A stretch of DNA of 64,000 nt from Candidatus Neomicrothrix sp. UBA2983. GTDB lineage: Bacteria > Actinomycetota > Acidimicrobiia > Acidimicrobiales > MedAcidi-G1. The translations under genes and the position numbers were made by a program. Below, one piece after another: positions 60,778 through 64,000 of the stretch. The stretch spans positions 5,679-69,678 of the forward strand of contig DEAL01000014.1 of assembly GCA_002346745.1 (NCBI GenBank), in the 5' to 3' direction. Below the pieces are notes generated by a model, which worked only from the letters and a program-made list of their open reading frames with translations, ran no database searches and was not told the DNA's origin. Positions within the stretch are counted from its first letter, which is position 1. Each line of letters starts with the position of its first letter.

Positions 60778-61569
60778 CTAGGCCGTTGCCTTCAGAACAA
60801 TGCGTTCGTCCAGGGGGCTCGGCGGACGGTCCTCGAGCCCGCCGGTCACGCCGATGTCGCCGAATCCAGCCTGTTCCAGCATCGACTCCACATCTTCTGT
60901 CAGATACCCACGGATCAGGATCGCATACGACTCGTCGGCGACCTCTGCGCCGCCAACGAATTCCCGAACCGAAATCTCACGAGTAACGGTTCGCTCAGCC
61001 TCATCAACGGTGAGCAAGCGGGTCCTGAGTTCCAACTCTGATCCATCGCTCGACCGTCGACGGTCACCCTGTTCGGACCAGTCGCTCGGCAGTTCCAGAT
61101 TCCCCGCCCGAACTTGGCCATAGTCCGCATCGCGCTTGGTTGGATGGTGGTCCATGACGAGCGTCCCACCCGGCTCCAGGTGCGCGTGGACCCGACGCAA
61201 CCCCTCGAGGTCGGTAGCTCGGGTCCCACCGAGACCGAACGAACCGCAGAAGAGGACCGTGCGATACCGGCGCGGCATGTCGAGTTCGTGCATGGCCTGC
61301 CGGTAGAGGTCCGCGGACAGCCCCTCCGCCCTCACCATGCGGGCACACCAGGCGAGCATGTCCCCAGAGACGTCACTTCCGTCGATGTCGATTCCTGAAC
61401 GCAGGAGGGGGAGCAGCAGTCGTCCGGTGCCGCATCCCGCATCCAACACTGGCTCGCCACAACACCTGATGGCATCCCGAAAGAAGGCGATGTCGTCGCC
61501 ACCCTCGCTGAACTCCGCCCACCAGCGCGCAACAAGGCCGTAGTGCCACGTCTGGATGTCGTCGCTCAT
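60778..61569 (-). CDS. class I SAM-dependent methyltransferase
   Basis: 263 aa. Motif I VLDAGCGTGRLL, and LEPGGTLV. G+C is visibly lower than in the neighbours (hand counts of 55-62% on three 60-nt lines). Confidence 0.85.
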   Translation of the reverse strand: MSDDIQTWHYGLVARWWAEFSEGGDDIAFFRDAIRCCGEPVLDAGCGTGRLLLPLLRSGIDIDGSDVSGDMLAWCARMVRAEGLSADLYRQAMHELDMPRRYRTVLFCGSFGLGGTRATDLEGLRRVHAHLEPGGTLVMDHHPTKRDADYGQVRAGNLELPSDWSEQGDRRRSSDGSELELRTRLLTVDEAERTVTREISVREFVGGAEVADESYAILIRGYLTEDVESMLEQAGFGDIGVTGGLEDRPPSPLDERIVLKATA

Positions 61570-61690
61570 TGCCCGAGACTAAGGCGGTCCGGATCGCACG
61601 CGCAGAACCGGTTCCCAACTGCCGGGAAGCACCCCATCCTCAGGTTCTCGTGACGTGGGCCTTCCGGGTGGCGGTCCCGGCGCCGGACGC

Positions 61691-61722
61691 GAACGAACCC
61701 GCCCCGATGGGCGGGTTCGTTC
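61691..61722 (-). terminator. perfect 14-bp hairpin downstream of the GYD gene
   Basis: GAACGAACCCGCCC-cgat-GGGCGGGTTCGTTC, 10 nt past the stop at 61732. No clear U-tract. Confidence 0.5.
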
Positions 61723-61731
61723 CCTCCCGGC

Positions 61732-62040
61732 CTAGCCGAGGGCCGCGGTGAACGTCGGCCAGAGCTCCTCCATGGTCGAGAACATCCCGCGCGACTCGAC
61801 GTCGAGCAGTTGCGCCGCGTCGATCTGGATGGCCGCGGTCGCTGCCGCATCGGCATCCGGATAGGTCACGATGGCCACGTTGGCGGCCCTGGCGTGGTCG
61901 TAGCCGACGAGCGACATCTCGCCGCCGTTGGCGGCGACGATGGCCTGCACCTCGGCGAAGCTGGCGTTGGCCTCGTCCGCGGTGGTCCCGGAACGCATCT
62001 TCGCTCCCGGCCGGCTCACGGTGATGGTCGTGTAGGACAT
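61732..62040 (-). CDS. GYD domain protein
   Basis: 102 aa from MSYTTITVSRPG, with GGGGGAG upstream. GGEMSLVGYDHARAANVAIVTYPD fits the GYD pattern. Confidence 0.65.
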   Translation of the reverse strand: MSYTTITVSRPGAKMRSGTTADEANASFAEVQAIVAANGGEMSLVGYDHARAANVAIVTYPDADAAATAAIQIDAAQLLDVESRGMFSTMEELWPTFTAALG

Positions 62041-62135
62041 GGCTGTCTCCCCCTTGTTGGTCAATGGAGGGACGATGCTCGCGCGTCCTGCGCCGCCGTG
62101 CTCGGGGACCCGGAAATCGCCGTCAGATGGCGGCC

Positions 62136-63248
62136 TCAGCCCAGGCCGCGGGCGAGGTCGGCCCAGAGGTCGTCGACGTGCTCGCAGCCGACGCTGAGGC
62201 GGACGAGGCCGGGCGGCAGGTGCTCCTGGCCGGACCAGCGGGCGCGGCGCTCGATGGTCGACTCCACGCCGCCGAGGCTGGTCGCCGAGTGGACGACCTC
62301 GAGCCGCCCGATGAAGGCCTCGGTCTCCTCGGCGTCGCCGTCCACCTCGAAGGTGACGATGGCGCCGAACCCGTCGAGCACCCGGCGGGCCGTGTCGTGG
62401 GTGGGGTGGTCGGGCAGGCCCGGGTAGCGCACGTCCCGGACCCGGGGATGGTCCTGCAGGCGCACGGCCAACTCGCCGGCGTTGGCCTGGCCGCGCTCGA
62501 GGCGCAGGGCGAGGGTGCGGGCGCCCCGGATGGCGAGGAACGCCTCGAGCGCCCCCGGGATCGCCCCCAGCAGCATCCGGGAGCGGCGCAGGGCGGCGTC
62601 CAGGTCGGCGTCACGGGTGACGGTCACGCCCGCCAGCAGGTCGCTGTGGCCGCCGATGAACTTGGTGGCCGAGTGGACGACCACGTCGGCGCCGAACTCC
62701 AGCGGCCGCTGGTTGAGCGGCGTGGCGAACGTGTTGTCGACCACCACCAACGCATCCGACGCGTGGCCGGCCGCGCAGATGGGCGCCAGGTCGGCGACCT
62801 CCAGAAGCGGATTGGACGGCGACTCCAGCCAGAGCACGTCGGCCGCCGGTGCGGCGGCCACCCAGGCGTCGGCATCGGCGACGGGGAGCCGGTCGACGGT
62901 CCAGCGGCCGCGGGCCATCCCGTCGTCGGCCAGGCCCGCCACGCCGTGGTAGCAGTCGCCGGGCAGCACCAGGTGCGACTCTGCCGGCACCTGGTCGAGC
63001 ACGGCCGAGCAGGCGGCCATGCCGCTGCCGAAGGCGGTGGCCGTCCCGCCCTCCAGCCGGCCCACGAGCGCCTCGAGGGCCTCGAGGGTCGGCGAGCCGT
63101 CGACCCGGGTGTAGGAGTGGGCACCGTCGGCGACGAACGTCGAGGCGAGGACCGGCGGGACGTTCAGGGGGTCGCCGGGACCGGCGTCGCGGCCGCCGGC
63201 GACCAGCCAGGTGTCCGGATGCCAGTCGTCGGAGGGTGCGCCGTCCAT
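62136..63248 (-). CDS. Cys/Met-metabolism PLP-dependent enzyme (cystathionine gamma-synthase/beta-lyase family)
   Basis: 370 aa. FGSGMAA, PLP-Lys motif VHSATKFIGGHSD, LGGVESTIE. Confidence 0.85.
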   Translation of the reverse strand: MDGAPSDDWHPDTWLVAGGRDAGPGDPLNVPPVLASTFVADGAHSYTRVDGSPTLEALEALVGRLEGGTATAFGSGMAACSAVLDQVPAESHLVLPGDCYHGVAGLADDGMARGRWTVDRLPVADADAWVAAAPAADVLWLESPSNPLLEVADLAPICAAGHASDALVVVDNTFATPLNQRPLEFGADVVVHSATKFIGGHSDLLAGVTVTRDADLDAALRRSRMLLGAIPGALEAFLAIRGARTLALRLERGQANAGELAVRLQDHPRVRDVRYPGLPDHPTHDTARRVLDGFGAIVTFEVDGDAEETEAFIGRLEVVHSATSLGGVESTIERRARWSGQEHLPPGLVRLSVGCEHVDDLWADLARGLG

Positions 63249-63294
63249 GGGAGGCGCACGCTACCGGACCCGTTGTTCGCCGCCCGGCGCCGGC

Positions 63295-63477
63295 TCAGCT
63301 CAGGACGCCCGGGCGGGGGCGACGGCCCGACGGGCTCTTGCCGGCCGTGTCGGCCAGGTTCGAAATGGTCCGCACGACCGAGCTAGAGAGGCCGGCGCTG
63401 AAGCCGGTGCCGATGGCGAGGATGACGAGCGAGCGCAGGTCGTCCTTGGCCCGGTCGGTGTTGGAGTAGGCACGCAT
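63295..63477 (-). CDS. small hypothetical protein
   Basis: 60 aa from MRAYSNTDRAKDDLRSLVILAIGTGFSAGL. Moderate coding character. The upstream 27 codons of the track ORF look non-coding. Confidence 0.4.
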   Translation of the reverse strand: MRAYSNTDRAKDDLRSLVILAIGTGFSAGLSSSVVRTISNLADTAGKSPSGRRPRPGVLS

Positions 63478-63699
63478 GGGGATCTTCCGTGTTCCTTCAC
63501 TGGGGCGCCACGGGGGAGGCCCGGGGCGCAGGGGGATTGCACTTTCGTCGGTCGACACCGCCCCGCCAGGCCCTAAAAGGGCAGGTCAGCGGTGGTTACC
63601 AGTCGGTAACGGACCGATGTCCCAGTGTGCCGCGCCGCTCGCCCACCCGCACCGAGACAGTGGTCACAGGCGCGCGCTGCATGCCCGGCCCGTGGCCGC

Positions 63700-64000
63700 T
63701 CAGTCCTCCGGATCGCGCAGGGTCAGCATCCCCGACGGGGTGGCCAGCCGGTTCGCCAGCGGCCCGTCCTCGACCCCGGGCCGCCACTCCAGCAGGTCCT
63801 CGGCGTAGGTGCGCATGGCCGGGTGCTCGAGCAGCGGCTCGACCTCGTCGGGGTCCGACTCGAGGTCCACGTAGAGCGGCGGCATCCCGCCGAACAGCAC
63901 CAGCTTGCCGACCCGGTCCCGCTGCACCGCCAGGTTGCAGTCGGCCAGCCGCAGCCCCAGCATCCGTCCGAACAGTCGGAAGTCGAACTCCCAGTGCACC
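63700..64000 (-). CDS. C-terminal fragment of a larger gene that continues beyond the right edge (sulfatase-like C-terminus?)
   Basis: ...VQRDRVGKLVLFGGMPPLYVDLESDPDEVEPLLEHPAMRTYAEDLLEW resembles the ..KL....ELYDLxxDPxExxNL.. tail of sulfatases. The family call is tentative. Confidence 0.4.
   Translation of the reverse strand, partial: VHWEFDFRLFGRMLGLRLADCNLAVQRDRVGKLVLFGGMPPLYVDLESDPDEVEPLLEHPAMRTYAEDLLEWRPGVEDGPLANRLATPSGMLTLRDPED

Noticed and set aside
60531-61731. att-type direct repeat of the tRNA-Pro 3' end that would delimit an integrated element
   Set aside because: Scanning by eye found no copy of the tRNA 3' segment downstream, and no integrase gene. The island interpretation is therefore kept only as a compositional observation.
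63595-63610. Inverted repeat GTTACC-agtc-GGTAAC upstream of the small ORF 63295..63477
   Set aside because: The arms are only 6 bp with no second copy or associated regulator, which is compatible with chance in 64 kb.

Overview
This is a high-GC bacterial chromosomal core segment; hand counts of single 60-nt lines give about 75-80% G+C in typical genes. It carries actinobacterial hallmarks: a WhiB-type regulator, an orphan OmpR-type GlnR beside glnA, a type II glutamine synthetase, a topA-tmk-holB neighbourhood, many GTG/TTG starts and frequent 4-nt start/stop overlaps. About 62 protein genes are densely packed on both strands, plus two tRNA genes. Central metabolism dominates: sdhCAB, mdh, icd and sucCD (TCA cycle), folD-purH-purN, nadE, and glnII/glnA/glnR (nitrogen). 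Also present are Fe-S helpers (erpA-like, mrp/apbC), DNA housekeeping genes (topA, tmk, holB), a two-gene ABC exporter, nhaA, two STAS partner-switching modules and a sigma-70 gene. A selenocysteine decoding set is present but split into tRNA-Sec (42535-42630) and selA-selB (54771-57812). I saw no selD and no in-frame-TGA selenoprotein gene. I found no CRISPR array, transposase, integrase, prophage or recognisable defence/toxin genes. The many very long track ORFs that run antisense to these genes are GC-driven shadow ORFs. Five things stand out and can be supported from the sequence. (i) A ~172-aa UvrD/PcrA 2B-like module is inserted in the C-terminal repeat region of topoisomerase I. (ii) A translationally coupled three-gene operon is headed by a stand-alone PEP-utilizer swivel (phosphohistidine) domain, followed by two proteins I cannot classify. 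(iii) An acyltransferase-3 membrane protein carries an internal ankyrin-repeat insertion. (iv) A compact protein fuses a 2Fe-2S domain to a mini molybdo-hydroxylase region. (v) A small lower-GC islet with a methyltransferase gene abuts tRNA-Pro. None of these is demonstrably a new system. All need database and structure checks that I cannot run here.
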